Assembly (NCBI GenBank): GCA_019744845.1 | Contig: JAIETW010000001.1 | Coordinates: 12,623-76,622, forward strand | Source: Patescibacteria group bacterium | GTDB lineage: Bacteria > Patescibacteriota > Minisyncoccia > Phycocordibacterales > Phycocordibacteraceae | Length of the DNA: 64,000 bases | Direction of reading: 5' to 3' | Shown: positions 19,847-29,571 of the stretch, one piece after another | Layout: every line of letters starts with the position of its first letter | Numbering within the stretch: position 1 is the first letter of the stretch | Notes under the pieces: generated by a model | The model's database searches: none | Told to the model about the DNA's origin: nothing | What the model saw: only the letters and a program-made list of their open reading frames with translations | Position numbers and translations under genes: made by a program

Positions 19847-20179
19847 ATGGATATCGCAGTAGTAAAGACCGGAGGTAAACAGTTTGTCGTCTCCAAGGGC
19901 TCAGTCATCACGATTGAGAAGCTTGGACGTGGTATTAACACCCAGGACCTTAAGAAGGGTGATGTAGTGACCTTTGACGAGGTGCTTATGACCGACAACG
20001 GTTCTGATGTCACGCTTGGTACTCCTTCTGTAAAGGGAGCCTCAGTAAAGGCAACCGTACAGGTAGTCGGACGTGCAAAGAAGATTGACGTCGTGAAGTA
20101 CAAAGCAAAGAGCCGCTACTTGAAACGCCGTGGCCACCGCCAGCCGTTTATCAAGGTAAAGGTAGATTCAGTCGGCTAA
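19847..20179 (+). CDS. rplU: 50S ribosomal protein L21
   Basis: AVVKTGGKQF, GHRQ. Confidence 0.97.
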   Translation: MDIAVVKTGGKQFVVSKGSVITIEKLGRGINTQDLKKGDVVTFDEVLMTDNGSDVTLGTPSVKGASVKATVQVVGRAKKIDVVKYKAKSRYLKRRGHRQPFIKVKVDSVG

Positions 20180-20186
20180 CCCTTAG

Positions 20187-20212
20187 AACTCCCGCTCCAT
20201 GCGGGAGTTTTT
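20187..20212 (+). terminator. Intrinsic terminator after rplU
   Basis: aactcccgc-tccat-gcgggagttttt. Confidence 0.8.
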
Positions 20213-20228
20213 CTTATATACTGTTCCT

Positions 20229-21014
20229 ATGTCTGAAGGTCCCCATACAAAGCTCACGGAAGTAGGCAAGATGCTTCTCCCTGAACACCCAGTCGGGCAG
20301 ATCCCACTCGGAGAGATTGCAGAAGCGGATGAGAAAGCCTTGAGTGCCATGATCGCAAGCAGAGGCCTTGCCTTTGACGAGCTTCTGACCGATGAATGTA
20401 GAAATCATCCTGAAGCAGCAGGGAAGAATCGCTGGCCTCTTGAAGATCGTCTTCGCCTTGCGGTTATGTATGTGGATGGTCGTTCAATGGATGAGATAGC
20501 CCAGGTACTTACTGCAACACGCAAAGCACGAGGAGTTGATCGCGCTGTACGGTCGGGGACCGTAAAAGTGCAGGTTGGCGAATGGATGACTGACTACGCC
20601 GGAGACATTGGAGAGTCTGCTCGTTCATATCGTCGCTGGCACGCCATCATGGCACCTGAAGAGTCAGGGATAGAAGAAGAACTAAAGGTATTGGAAACTG
20701 AAGTATTTCATCTTCCACGTCATCTTATTTTCCATACAGTTGAAGAAACGTTAGATACTAGTTCTCGCCAACTTCCTGCAGCAGGAAAGGTAAAGGGGAA
20801 TGTACAGATGACTCATATCAAGATCGCGGTGAGACTTTTGTATATGAAATTCAAGCTCCATGCGTCAAGCCAGGAGCTTGTTGCAGAGGCGTATTCCATG
20901 TCAGGTACTCCTACTGATGAGGAGACCGTCAATAAGTTCACGCTCCGCCTCCTCACGAAACAAGCTAAAGCAGCAGTCGGTATCAAGCAAGGACGACCAC
21001 CTGCTAAGAAATAA
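20229..21014 (+). CDS. Hypothetical protein with HTH-like segments (paralog 1)
   Basis: Start moved to MSEGP because the upstream ATG lies in the terminator; collinear similarity to the next ORF. Confidence 0.7.
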   Translation: MSEGPHTKLTEVGKMLLPEHPVGQIPLGEIAEADEKALSAMIASRGLAFDELLTDECRNHPEAAGKNRWPLEDRLRLAVMYVDGRSMDEIAQVLTATRKARGVDRAVRSGTVKVQVGEWMTDYAGDIGESARSYRRWHAIMAPEESGIEEELKVLETEVFHLPRHLIFHTVEETLDTSSRQLPAAGKVKGNVQMTHIKIAVRLLYMKFKLHASSQELVAEAYSMSGTPTDEETVNKFTLRLLTKQAKAAVGIKQGRPPAKK

Positions 21015-21025
21015 TTACTCTACGT

Positions 21026-22129
21026 ATGCACCTTGGTTCACGAGAAGGGAGAGCTCCATTTGCAAAGGTAAAGTCTGCAGAACGCCGCACATTGCTTCCT
21101 GAGCCTCCGGTAGGTCAGCTTTCGGATCAAGAAATTATGAGCGCCGACATGAGCGGACTTAAACGTATTGCAGAAGGGCGCGGTTTGAATGCTGAGGAGC
21201 TATTTAACCCAGAGCGTTGGAGTCGCATGGGTAACGCACGAGAGCTTGCCATTAGTCCTTTCTGGACCCGCGAAAATAACATACGTTTTGCGCTTTTGCA
21301 GATGGACGGCCGATCTGCCGCCGAACTCATGAGTATCTTCAAGATTACTGAACCTGCTGCGCAGGGACGTATGACCAGTATGCGTAAGTGGCTACGAGAG
21401 GAATATAGAGATATTCCAGGTGCTGCACGCATGACACGAAAGTGGCACGAGCTACTTAGTCCTCCTGATGCGGAGTCTGAGAAAATGTTAAGAGAGCTCC
21501 AGCGCAGATGTGCACACATACCTCGGGATCAAATGTTTGTGCACCCCCGAGATCGGACGGGAAATTCCAGTGAGCGTCAAAATGGTGGACGTTCTATGTC
21601 GGAGCGCACGATGCTTGATTACGATGTGGTTATTCAAGTACTCCACATGCGTTTTATACAAAAGAAATCTCCGCAGGAGATTGTGGCGTCTCTTGATCCC
21701 GAGCTTGGCCCGAGAACGATACGAGATTTAGATGCCTTGTATCCACGAGTCCTCACATATGACGCACGTGTCTTGTTTGGGATGGAGGTACACAAACCGT
21801 GGATGCTGAAGGAATACAGGACTGCAGCGGAAATGTTTATACAGAACGAGGCAATTCCTTACGCTGATATAGCAAAAGCACTAAAGCGACAGAAAGCAGC
21901 AACAATGCAGGGCATACGACAAGCGGGACTTCGCCTCATTGCCGAACAACCAAAGTATCAGGGCGAACACTTTCTTGTCGCGTTCCTTCTAGAATACGGT
22001 CCACCGCATCTGTTTCCTGAGAATGAAGATAGGCGCGTAGTGGCCGAGCGTATACAAAAACTCCATGCCCTGGATGATTCGTCACCAATTGCTCCCGTGA
22101 ATAGAACAAAGAAAGAAGACGCAGCTTAA
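21026..22129 (+). CDS. Hypothetical protein with HTH-like segments (paralog 2)
   Basis: 367 aa; WTRE..RFALLQMDGRSAAEL and PYADIAKAL segments. Confidence 0.7.
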   Translation: MHLGSREGRAPFAKVKSAERRTLLPEPPVGQLSDQEIMSADMSGLKRIAEGRGLNAEELFNPERWSRMGNARELAISPFWTRENNIRFALLQMDGRSAAELMSIFKITEPAAQGRMTSMRKWLREEYRDIPGAARMTRKWHELLSPPDAESEKMLRELQRRCAHIPRDQMFVHPRDRTGNSSERQNGGRSMSERTMLDYDVVIQVLHMRFIQKKSPQEIVASLDPELGPRTIRDLDALYPRVLTYDARVLFGMEVHKPWMLKEYRTAAEMFIQNEAIPYADIAKALKRQKAATMQGIRQAGLRLIAEQPKYQGEHFLVAFLLEYGPPHLFPENEDRRVVAERIQKLHALDDSSPIAPVNRTKKEDAA

Positions 22130-22728
22130 GTCTCCTGACGATTCTGGAGGGCACCCTTCAGTGTTTCTTTGTCGGCGTATTCAAGTTCTGAACCAGTGGC
22201 AAGACCACGGCCAAGCGCAGTAATCTTTACGTGATCACGGAACGGACGCAGAAGTTCCCGTACGCGGTCAGCCGTGTTCTCTCCTTCAGAGGTGGCAGAG
22301 AGTGCGAGCACTACTTCTTTGAGTCCATTCTTTACTCGTGCGTCTACCGTGCGTGCGAGTTCCTTTTCGCGAATCGCTCCTTTTCCAGAAAGGGTAAGCA
22401 CGCCTCCGAGTACGAAGTAGCGACCCTTGTAGGTACCTGCACGCTCCATCGCAGCAAGATCCTGGTCCTTCTCAAGCACGAGAAGAAGGGAATCATCACG
22501 AGAGGTGTCCGCGCAGTATGAACACTTCGGGCCTCCACCGTTCGCATAGCGCATACAGTCCACACACTGCTTCACGTCACTAGCAAGTTCCGTAATAGTG
22601 TTTCCAAGCTTTGCACGATCTCCTTGAGGGAGGGTGAGGAGGTGGTAGACGAAGCGTTTTGCCTGACGGGGACCGATGCCAGGGAAGCGCTCAAAGAGTC
22701 GGGCGAGTTCTTCTACGCGGTCAGCCAT
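22126..22728 (-). CDS. recR: Recombination mediator RecR
   Basis: FPGIGPRQA, C4 zinc finger, YFVLGG, LEYAD. Confidence 0.95.
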   Translation of the reverse strand: MADRVEELARLFERFPGIGPRQAKRFVYHLLTLPQGDRAKLGNTITELASDVKQCVDCMRYANGGGPKCSYCADTSRDDSLLLVLEKDQDLAAMERAGTYKGRYFVLGGVLTLSGKGAIREKELARTVDARVKNGLKEVVLALSATSEGENTADRVRELLRPFRDHVKITALGRGLATGSELEYADKETLKGALQNRQET

Positions 22729-22730
22729 AT

Positions 22731-24086
22731 CTAGAACTCAGTCGCGAGGTCACCGTAGCCAGAACGATCAACGGACATAAAGGTGGCACGCTTATCATCA
22801 AAGTGAAGCTCTACGCGCCCGGTCGGACCGTTACGGTGCTTTTCAATAAGAATCTCTGCCACGTTGGTTGGTTCTGCATCTGGATTACGCTTGTCTTCAC
22901 GATGGATGAACATCACCACGTCGGCGTCCTGTTCAATAGAACCAGAGTCGCGAAGATCTGAAAGGCGGGGCTTACCTCCACGTTGCTCCACGGCACGAGA
23001 GAGCTGGGAAAGAGCAAGCACGGGAACATTCAATTCACGTGCAAGAGACTTCAAGGAGCGAGAGATCTCGGTAACCTGCTGCACCATAGAATCTGAGTGC
23101 TTTGAACCGACTGGCTCCATGAGCTGGAGGTAGTCCACGACGATAAGACCAATACCGCGTTCACGCTTCAAGCGACGTGCAACCGCACGCATAGCAAGAA
23201 TGTTGTTCCCTGGCTTGTCGTCTATATAAATAGGAGCCTTAGAAAGAGTCTCTAGTGCATCACGAATCTTTGCGAAATCATCTTCTGCGCGCACTGCTCC
23301 TGTGCGCATCTTCCATGAATCCACATAGGATTCAGCGGCAAGCATACGATCTACCAATTGCTCGGAGCTCATTTCAAGTGAGAAGATTCCGACTGGAGTA
23401 CCGTGCTTCACTGCAGTGTTACGTGCGATATCAAGTGCGAGAGACGTCTTACCGACGGAAGGACGGGCAGCAAGAATGACGAGGTCTGATGGATGGAGAC
23501 CAGAGAGCATGTTGTCTAGTTCAGGGAATCCGGTTGGGATGCCGCGCACACCACCTTCTTTCTTAGACATGGCTTCAATGCGTTCCCACGCATCATCAAG
23601 TTTGTCAGCGATGGCGGTGAACTTATGAACACCCGTTCCGTTACTGACGGCCATCACTTTCTTCTCTGCCTCATCAAGGACCTCATCTGCTTCACGACTC
23701 TCGTCGTATGCCGCTTCGTTTATTTCATATGCTGCGCCAATGAGTTCACGCATCAAGTGCTTACGAGACACGAGCTCTGCGTAGTGGGCAAAGTTTCCTG
23801 GTGCAGGTGCGCTCCCTGCAAGTTCTGCAATATAGGCACGACCACCTGAACGTTCAAGGGAACCCTTGGTGGTAAGGCGTTCCGAAAGAGAAAGAATATC
23901 TATTGGCTCTCCGCGATCAGAGAGTTCTTTCATCGCTTCAAAGATCAAACGATGCTTCTCTGCATAAAAAGAATCCGGCATCACAGAATCGCCGATGTCA
24001 TGAATGGCATCGGGCTTCAAAAGAAGTGCGCCGAGAAGTCCGCGCTCTGCTTCAAGACTTTGTGGAGGAATGCGATCTGCGGCCAT
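22731..24086 (-). CDS. dnaB: Replicative DNA helicase
   Basis: AARPSVGKT, VDYLQLM, LSQLSR, DLRDSGSIEQDAD, KHRNGPTG. Confidence 0.98.
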   Translation of the reverse strand: MAADRIPPQSLEAERGLLGALLLKPDAIHDIGDSVMPDSFYAEKHRLIFEAMKELSDRGEPIDILSLSERLTTKGSLERSGGRAYIAELAGSAPAPGNFAHYAELVSRKHLMRELIGAAYEINEAAYDESREADEVLDEAEKKVMAVSNGTGVHKFTAIADKLDDAWERIEAMSKKEGGVRGIPTGFPELDNMLSGLHPSDLVILAARPSVGKTSLALDIARNTAVKHGTPVGIFSLEMSSEQLVDRMLAAESYVDSWKMRTGAVRAEDDFAKIRDALETLSKAPIYIDDKPGNNILAMRAVARRLKRERGIGLIVVDYLQLMEPVGSKHSDSMVQQVTEISRSLKSLARELNVPVLALSQLSRAVEQRGGKPRLSDLRDSGSIEQDADVVMFIHREDKRNPDAEPTNVAEILIEKHRNGPTGRVELHFDDKRATFMSVDRSGYGDLATEF

Positions 24087-24100
24087 AGAGGCCTATTCTA

Positions 24101-25534
24101 CTATCTTTCCAGTCTGGTGAAGAGGGGTCCAGAAGCCGTGTCTTCAACACGATATCCACTGTTCTCTATGTGGATACGAAGTTCATCTGCACGGGCGTAG
24201 TCCTTCTGTTTCTTTGCTTCAACACGCTCTCTGTACATGGTCTGCACTGCCTCTGGGAGGTCCTCTAGGCCTATATGCGCGTCCTGTGGGGGCTCCATGA
24301 GGGAAAGGCCGAGAAGGGCATCGGCTTCAGTAAGGAGGCCCCATTTCTGTTCTATGGTCAGATCGTCGTCCCCAAGCGCCTTGAAGAGTGCGGCAAGCAC
24401 CTGAGGAGTTGCGAGGTCATCAAGGAAGATACTGCGAAGTTCTATCGCGTATGGAGAAGAGGATGCTTTGCCACGAGACTTCTTCTTTATGTCACGCGCA
24501 GTTTTCCAGAGTCCTTCAAGTCCTGTCTCCGCAGCTTTCAATGCTTCCCAAGAGAACGAAAGGGGAGTGCGGTAGTGGGCCTGCAGGAAGAAGTAGCGGA
24601 GTGCGAGGGGGTGGAACCCGCGTTCAATCACTTCGGAAAGCGTGTGGACGTTTCCAACTGACTTAGAAATCTTTGCTCCTTCAATCGTAAGGAAAGCGTT
24701 ATGCAGCCAGTAGCGTACAAAGGGTCTTCCACTTGCTCCTTCCGACTGCGCAATCTCATTGTTGTGATGCACGCTGATGTGATCTTGTCCGCCGGTGTGT
24801 ACGTCAATCGTTTCGCCAAGAAGGGCACGACTCATCGCAGAACACTCAATGCTCCATCCTGGATTACCTTCACCCCATGGTGAATCCCATTTCTGAAGAT
24901 CAGTGGGGCCTGCAAAGCGCCAGAGTGCAAAGTCGCGAGGATTCTTCTTGCCTTCGGTAGAGACACGGGTACCTGCCTGCTGCACGACTTCCTTTTGGTT
25001 CCCAAGTGTTCCATAGGAAGGGAAGAGTTCCGTATCAAAATAAATACCATCACTCGTTTTATACGTAAGACCTTTCATTTCAAGTGTCTTAATCATCTCT
25101 ATCTGTTGTGTGATGTATTCAGTGGCGCGAGGGAAGTGAATGTCTGAGAGATCAAGGTTCAGCGCCTTGATGTCATCTAGGTAGCGGGTGGCGTAGCGAT
25201 TGGCGATCTCTTCAGGAGTGGTCTTTTCTGCACGTGCACCCACTGCCATCTTGTCTTCACCCTCATCTCCATCACCAACCAAGTGTCCGACGTCAGTGAT
25301 GTTAATGACGCGGCGAAGCTGGTACCCAGCTGCTTTTAACGCTCGGGCAACGGTATCCGCAAAGACGGCAGCTCGGAGGTTACCTATATGCTGAGGACCA
25401 TACACCGTAGGACCACAGGAATAGAGGGTGGCACGACCTGCGACAAGCGGAAGAAACTGGTCTTTAGACCCCGAAAGGGTGTTCGTGAGAAAGAGGGGAA
25501 CGGTGACAGTCTTCTTTGTACTAAAAGGCCACAT
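24101..25534 (-). CDS. cysS: Cysteine--tRNA ligase
   Basis: YSCGPTVY, HIGN, PGWSIECSAM, HHNNE, KISKS; start uncertain. Confidence 0.96.
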   Translation of the reverse strand: MWPFSTKKTVTVPLFLTNTLSGSKDQFLPLVAGRATLYSCGPTVYGPQHIGNLRAAVFADTVARALKAAGYQLRRVINITDVGHLVGDGDEGEDKMAVGARAEKTTPEEIANRYATRYLDDIKALNLDLSDIHFPRATEYITQQIEMIKTLEMKGLTYKTSDGIYFDTELFPSYGTLGNQKEVVQQAGTRVSTEGKKNPRDFALWRFAGPTDLQKWDSPWGEGNPGWSIECSAMSRALLGETIDVHTGGQDHISVHHNNEIAQSEGASGRPFVRYWLHNAFLTIEGAKISKSVGNVHTLSEVIERGFHPLALRYFFLQAHYRTPLSFSWEALKAAETGLEGLWKTARDIKKKSRGKASSSPYAIELRSIFLDDLATPQVLAALFKALGDDDLTIEQKWGLLTEADALLGLSLMEPPQDAHIGLEDLPEAVQTMYRERVEAKKQKDYARADELRIHIENSGYRVEDTASGPLFTRLER

Positions 25535-25600
25535 GTAGGATAGAAAAGGGCGTAAATGCCGACAAAAGAAGTATAGCATTATGATATAATTCTCTTATCT

Positions 25601-26860
25601 ATGACCTCTAAAACTCCGTCCAATCGTCGTTTTGGAGATCTTGCACGTGCGGCAGTGATTCTTGCCGTCGTCGTGGTTCTTTCTTTTGGTGCGGGAGTCG
25701 TCACCGGCGCAGGTACTGGGAATCGCATCTTTGCAGATGGTCTTCCACTTCTCGGAATGGGACTTGATTCCACTCCTGATACCACGGTAGATCTCTCCAG
25801 TTTCTGGAAAGCGTGGAATACGCTTGAAGGGCGATTTGTAGAAACCAGTGCAAGTTCCACACTTCCTACTGCACAGGAACGAATCTGGGGCGCAATTCAG
25901 GGGCTCGCTGCCTCATATGGGGATCCATACACCATTTTCCTTGCGCCAGAAGATGCAAAGATCTTTAAGGACGACATCACCGGTAACTTCAGTGGTATTG
26001 GTGCAGAGATTGGTCTGAACGAAGACGGAGTGCTTACCGTTATTGCACCGCTCAAGAACTCTCCTGCAGAAAAAGCGGGACTTGAAGCAGGTGACAACAT
26101 CCTCTCTATTGGAGATGTAGATACCGCAGGGATGACGGTAGACGAGGGAGTGAAGTACATTCGTGGCGATAAGGGTACCCCAGTCACCTTCCGCGTACTT
26201 CGCAGTGGGGAAGTGATTGAGATCACTATCATCCGCGACATCATTCAGGTGCCTACGCTTGATAAGGAATACAATGCAGAGACGGGTATCTACACCATCA
26301 CGCTCCACAGTTTTACCGCAACCGCGAATCGTTTGTTTGCGGATGCACTTTCTGATTTCCGTAAGACCGGCTCTACCAAGCTTTTGATTGATCTTCGTGG
26401 AAACCCAGGAGGATATCTTTCCTCAGCGGTACAGATTTCCAGTCGCTTCCTTCCGAAGGGAGAAGTCATTGTCACTGAAGACTATGACGGTAAGCGCGAT
26501 AACCTCATCCACCGTTCTTCTGGCACAGGGGGAGTGAACGCAGGAACAAAGATTGTCATTTTGATAGACAAGGGATCTGCGTCCGCCTCTGAGATTGTGG
26601 CAGGTGCACTTCGTGACCATGAAGTGGCGACGTTGATTGGTACGAAATCATTTGGAAAAGGATCGGTACAGGAACTCATTGATGTGGATGGTGGTGCACT
26701 GAAGATCACCATCGCGCGCTGGGTGACTCCATCAGGTGACTCCATTTCCGCAGGAGGACTTACCCCTGATATTGAAGTAGAGCGCACTCCAGAAGAGAAG
26801 AAGGCAGGAAAGGATCCACAAAAGGATCGTGCAGTGCAGTTCCTTCTCACGGGGAAGTAA
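25601..26860 (+). CDS. S41 C-terminal processing peptidase with PDZ domain
   Basis: DLRGNPGG, SASASEIVAGAL, SFGKGSVQ. Confidence 0.95.
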   Translation: MTSKTPSNRRFGDLARAAVILAVVVVLSFGAGVVTGAGTGNRIFADGLPLLGMGLDSTPDTTVDLSSFWKAWNTLEGRFVETSASSTLPTAQERIWGAIQGLAASYGDPYTIFLAPEDAKIFKDDITGNFSGIGAEIGLNEDGVLTVIAPLKNSPAEKAGLEAGDNILSIGDVDTAGMTVDEGVKYIRGDKGTPVTFRVLRSGEVIEITIIRDIIQVPTLDKEYNAETGIYTITLHSFTATANRLFADALSDFRKTGSTKLLIDLRGNPGGYLSSAVQISSRFLPKGEVIVTEDYDGKRDNLIHRSSGTGGVNAGTKIVILIDKGSASASEIVAGALRDHEVATLIGTKSFGKGSVQELIDVDGGALKITIARWVTPSGDSISAGGLTPDIEVERTPEEKKAGKDPQKDRAVQFLLTGK

Positions 26861-26863
26861 CAT

Positions 26864-27793
26864 ATGGCACAGCCTGGACTTGAAGGATTGCGAGGACGAG
26901 ACAATGTCTCGGAGATTGTGACCTTTGAACTTGGTCCTGACCATGCACCGCTCACGCTATTGCCTGAGGAAACGGAAAGAGGAAAAGAGGTACATGCGAA
27001 TGTGCTTGGTGCACTACGTCCGACAGCATACTGTGTGCCGGGCATGGATTCTGGACAACTTACGCGTGCAGTAGACGACAATCCTGAAGAGCATTTTACG
27101 TACAGTAATTCCCTCGTGCGGGTTGCGTATCAGGAAGGAAGGCCGGTGTACCTCATTGGTGGACACATGCCGGATATTCTTCGTGATGTGGGTCCGGATA
27201 CTCTCCGCAAAGTTAATCACTGGCCACGTATTATTGCCGCTGGAACCTTGGTCACAATGGCGGCGCACATGGCGACCCCTCCCAAACCTGAGACTCAGAC
27301 ACGCCGTGCGTTTCTTAAGGGAAGCATAGTGCTCGGCGCTGCGGCGACACTCTATGCGTCGTTCTTTCCAAATGGAGTGGGAGACGATGACATAGAGGAG
27401 CGCCTTGCTCGGTATTCAGAAGAAGATCTAGAGACGATGGTGCAGTGGTACAAGACGCTCCGAGGGTTTTCTAACCTCGTACTTGCGACGAAGCTCACGG
27501 AAGTAGCACGACTTCATGGTCAGGTAGAGGGAGAGCATGTGCTTGCGCTCGCACCTCCGCACAATGACGGGCTACGCAGAGCGCTCCAGATTTCACCGGG
27601 GGAACGAGACGCGCTTATCCTAGATTTCCTCAAGAATGTCGTTGAGCCGATTGCTCAAGCAGGCTCTATAAGCGAGGAAGAGTATTCGTACCTTCTTGGT
27701 GTGATTGGTACTTTTATAGAAGCGCGTCCGGTACAGGATAGCCCTACACCGCAGTGGGAGGAGACCGAACACCCGGCGTTTGCGCTCTACTGA
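26864..27793 (+). CDS. Hypothetical membrane protein
   Basis: 309 aa; two central hydrophobic segments around TRRAFLKG. Confidence 0.65.
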   Translation: MAQPGLEGLRGRDNVSEIVTFELGPDHAPLTLLPEETERGKEVHANVLGALRPTAYCVPGMDSGQLTRAVDDNPEEHFTYSNSLVRVAYQEGRPVYLIGGHMPDILRDVGPDTLRKVNHWPRIIAAGTLVTMAAHMATPPKPETQTRRAFLKGSIVLGAAATLYASFFPNGVGDDDIEERLARYSEEDLETMVQWYKTLRGFSNLVLATKLTEVARLHGQVEGEHVLALAPPHNDGLRRALQISPGERDALILDFLKNVVEPIAQAGSISEEEYSYLLGVIGTFIEARPVQDSPTPQWEETEHPAFALY

Positions 27794-27832
27794 TTTGCAG
27801 AAGTGCCCCAGGAAGGGTAGGATAGCCGAACT

Positions 27833-28258
27833 ATGAAAGTTGTAATGATTAAAGACGTAAAGGGCACTGGCCGCGCCAATACTGTCGTTGAGGTGAAAGA
27901 CGGCTACGCTATTAACTTCCTTTTCCCACGTAAGGCAGCCGTTCCGGCTTCCGGAGATGCGGTAAAGCGTGCAGAGGCAATGCAGAAGCAGTTTGCAGAC
28001 CGTCGTGAGCTTGATGCCAAGCTTATCGCTGAGCGCCTTGCCGCCCTTGCTGAAGATCGCATTGTCTTTGTGAAGAAGGCGAACGAGCAGGGACACCTGT
28101 ATGATGCTGTAGATGCCAAGGAGATTGCTGAGAAGGCACAGCTCCCAGTAGATGCAATTTCTATTGAGCGCCCATTCAAGGAGCTCGGTACCTTTGAGGT
28201 TCCCGTAGCCTACGGAGAGAACTTCGGAAAAATCACCATCGTTGTAGAAGCTGAATAA
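27833..28258 (+). CDS. rplI: 50S ribosomal protein L9
   Basis: VKDGYAINFLFP, GHLY, KELG; TTGCAG-17-TAGGAT promoter upstream. Confidence 0.95.
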   Translation: MKVVMIKDVKGTGRANTVVEVKDGYAINFLFPRKAAVPASGDAVKRAEAMQKQFADRRELDAKLIAERLAALAEDRIVFVKKANEQGHLYDAVDAKEIAEKAQLPVDAISIERPFKELGTFEVPVAYGENFGKITIVVEAE

Positions 28259-28277
28259 GTTTCAGGAGAGACGAAAG

Positions 28278-28304
28278 AAAAACCCCGCTTTCGGCGGGGT
28301 TTTT
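28278..28304. terminator. Bidirectional terminator between rplI and rpmA
   Basis: aaaaaccccgc-tttcg-gcggggttttt. Confidence 0.85.
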
Positions 28305-28306
28305 AC

Positions 28307-28579
28307 TTAGATAACGTTCGCTACTTTGCGGCGGGTGATGCTTCCGTCAAACTTCATTTTACGCTTCTCAGTGTAGGAAACCTTACCCGTCGTCATTGCG
28401 AAGAGGGTGTGATCCTTTGCGACGCGTACGTTCTTTCCTGCCATGATCTTCGTACCGCGCTGGCGGACGATGACCATACCTGGGCGAGCTGCAGCGCCGT
28501 TACCGAGCTTAATACCAAGGTATTTTGGCTTTGAGTCGCGTACGTTCTTTGTTGAGCCTCCGGCTTTTGTTGATGCCAT
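28307..28579 (-). CDS. rpmA: 50S ribosomal protein L27
   Basis: [25 protein letters not shown]. Confidence 0.97.
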   Translation of the reverse strand: MASTKAGGSTKNVRDSKPKYLGIKLGNGAAARPGMVIVRQRGTKIMAGKNVRVAKDHTLFAMTTGKVSYTEKRKMKFDGSITRRKVANVI

Positions 28580-28599
28580 AGTGGTATGCTGTTGTGACG

Positions 28600-28965
28600 A
28601 TGAATATAGCAGAGATAGGCCGTCAAAGCAAGGCAATGCTCTCTCGGGTCCCTACCGACGCCCTCTATCTGACCCTCGTGGTTCTGGTCGCCATTGCGAG
28701 CTTCCAATTGGGCATGCTGAACGAGCGACAGACCGGGGGAGAGGCTGAGTTCAGTATTGAGTATCTGGGAGCCTCTGCCGCCACTCCAAGCCTTCCTGAG
28801 GCCGTAGGAGGGGTGTATGTGGGGTCAGTGAATGGGACTAAGTACCATCTCCCGAGCTGCCCCGGAGCCCGGACTATCTCTGAAGGGAACAAGATCTGGT
28901 TTGCCTCAAAAGCAGAGGCTGAAGCGGCAGGATATACCCCAGCAGCGAACTGCAAGGGGATATAA
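28600..28965 (+). CDS. Membrane-anchored protein with an Ada-like metal-binding domain
   Basis: TM helix, then KYHLPSC…[17 protein letters not shown]. Confidence 0.75.
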   Translation: MNIAEIGRQSKAMLSRVPTDALYLTLVVLVAIASFQLGMLNERQTGGEAEFSIEYLGASAATPSLPEAVGGVYVGSVNGTKYHLPSCPGARTISEGNKIWFASKAEAEAAGYTPAANCKGI

Positions 28966-28977
28966 TACGAAGACTTT

Positions 28978-29571
28978 ATGATTGTGATTGATATTGAAGC
29001 CACAGGGGTAAACCCGCAAAAGAACTCCATCGTCTCTTTAGGGGCACTTGATCTGGATAATCCAGAGAATCAGTTCTATGACGAATGTCGGGTGTGGGAG
29101 GGTGCGCACGTAGAAACAAAAGCACTTGCCGTAAATGGCTTCTCAGAAGAAGAAATTGCTGATCCGACTAAGAAGACAGAGGCGGAGCTCGTGAAGGCTT
29201 TTATCGCGTGGGCTATGGATAGGGTAGAGGAGCGTACCATTGCCGCGCAGAATGTGTCCTTTGATCACGACATGCTCCGTATGGCCTGTCAGCGGGCAGG
29301 GATAGAGTTCCCGTTTGCAAAGCGCACCATAGATGTTCATACCCTCGTCTGGACGCACATGAAGGTGAAAGGGAAGATTCCACCCGTTGCGCACAATCAC
29401 TCTGCAATTGATATGACCTATGCACTTTCATATTGCGGTCTTCCACCAGAGCCACGTCCGCACAATGCGCTTACCGGCGCCTTCTGTCATGCAGAAGTCA
29501 TTTCTCGCATAGCGTATAATAGGAAACTACTACCAGATTTTGATACGTACGATATTCCATGGATGAGCTAA
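28978..29571 (+). CDS. DEDDh 3'-5' exonuclease
   Basis: IDIEATG, QNVSFD, HNAL. Confidence 0.88.
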   Translation: MIVIDIEATGVNPQKNSIVSLGALDLDNPENQFYDECRVWEGAHVETKALAVNGFSEEEIADPTKKTEAELVKAFIAWAMDRVEERTIAAQNVSFDHDMLRMACQRAGIEFPFAKRTIDVHTLVWTHMKVKGKIPPVAHNHSAIDMTYALSYCGLPPEPRPHNALTGAFCHAEVISRIAYNRKLLPDFDTYDIPWMS

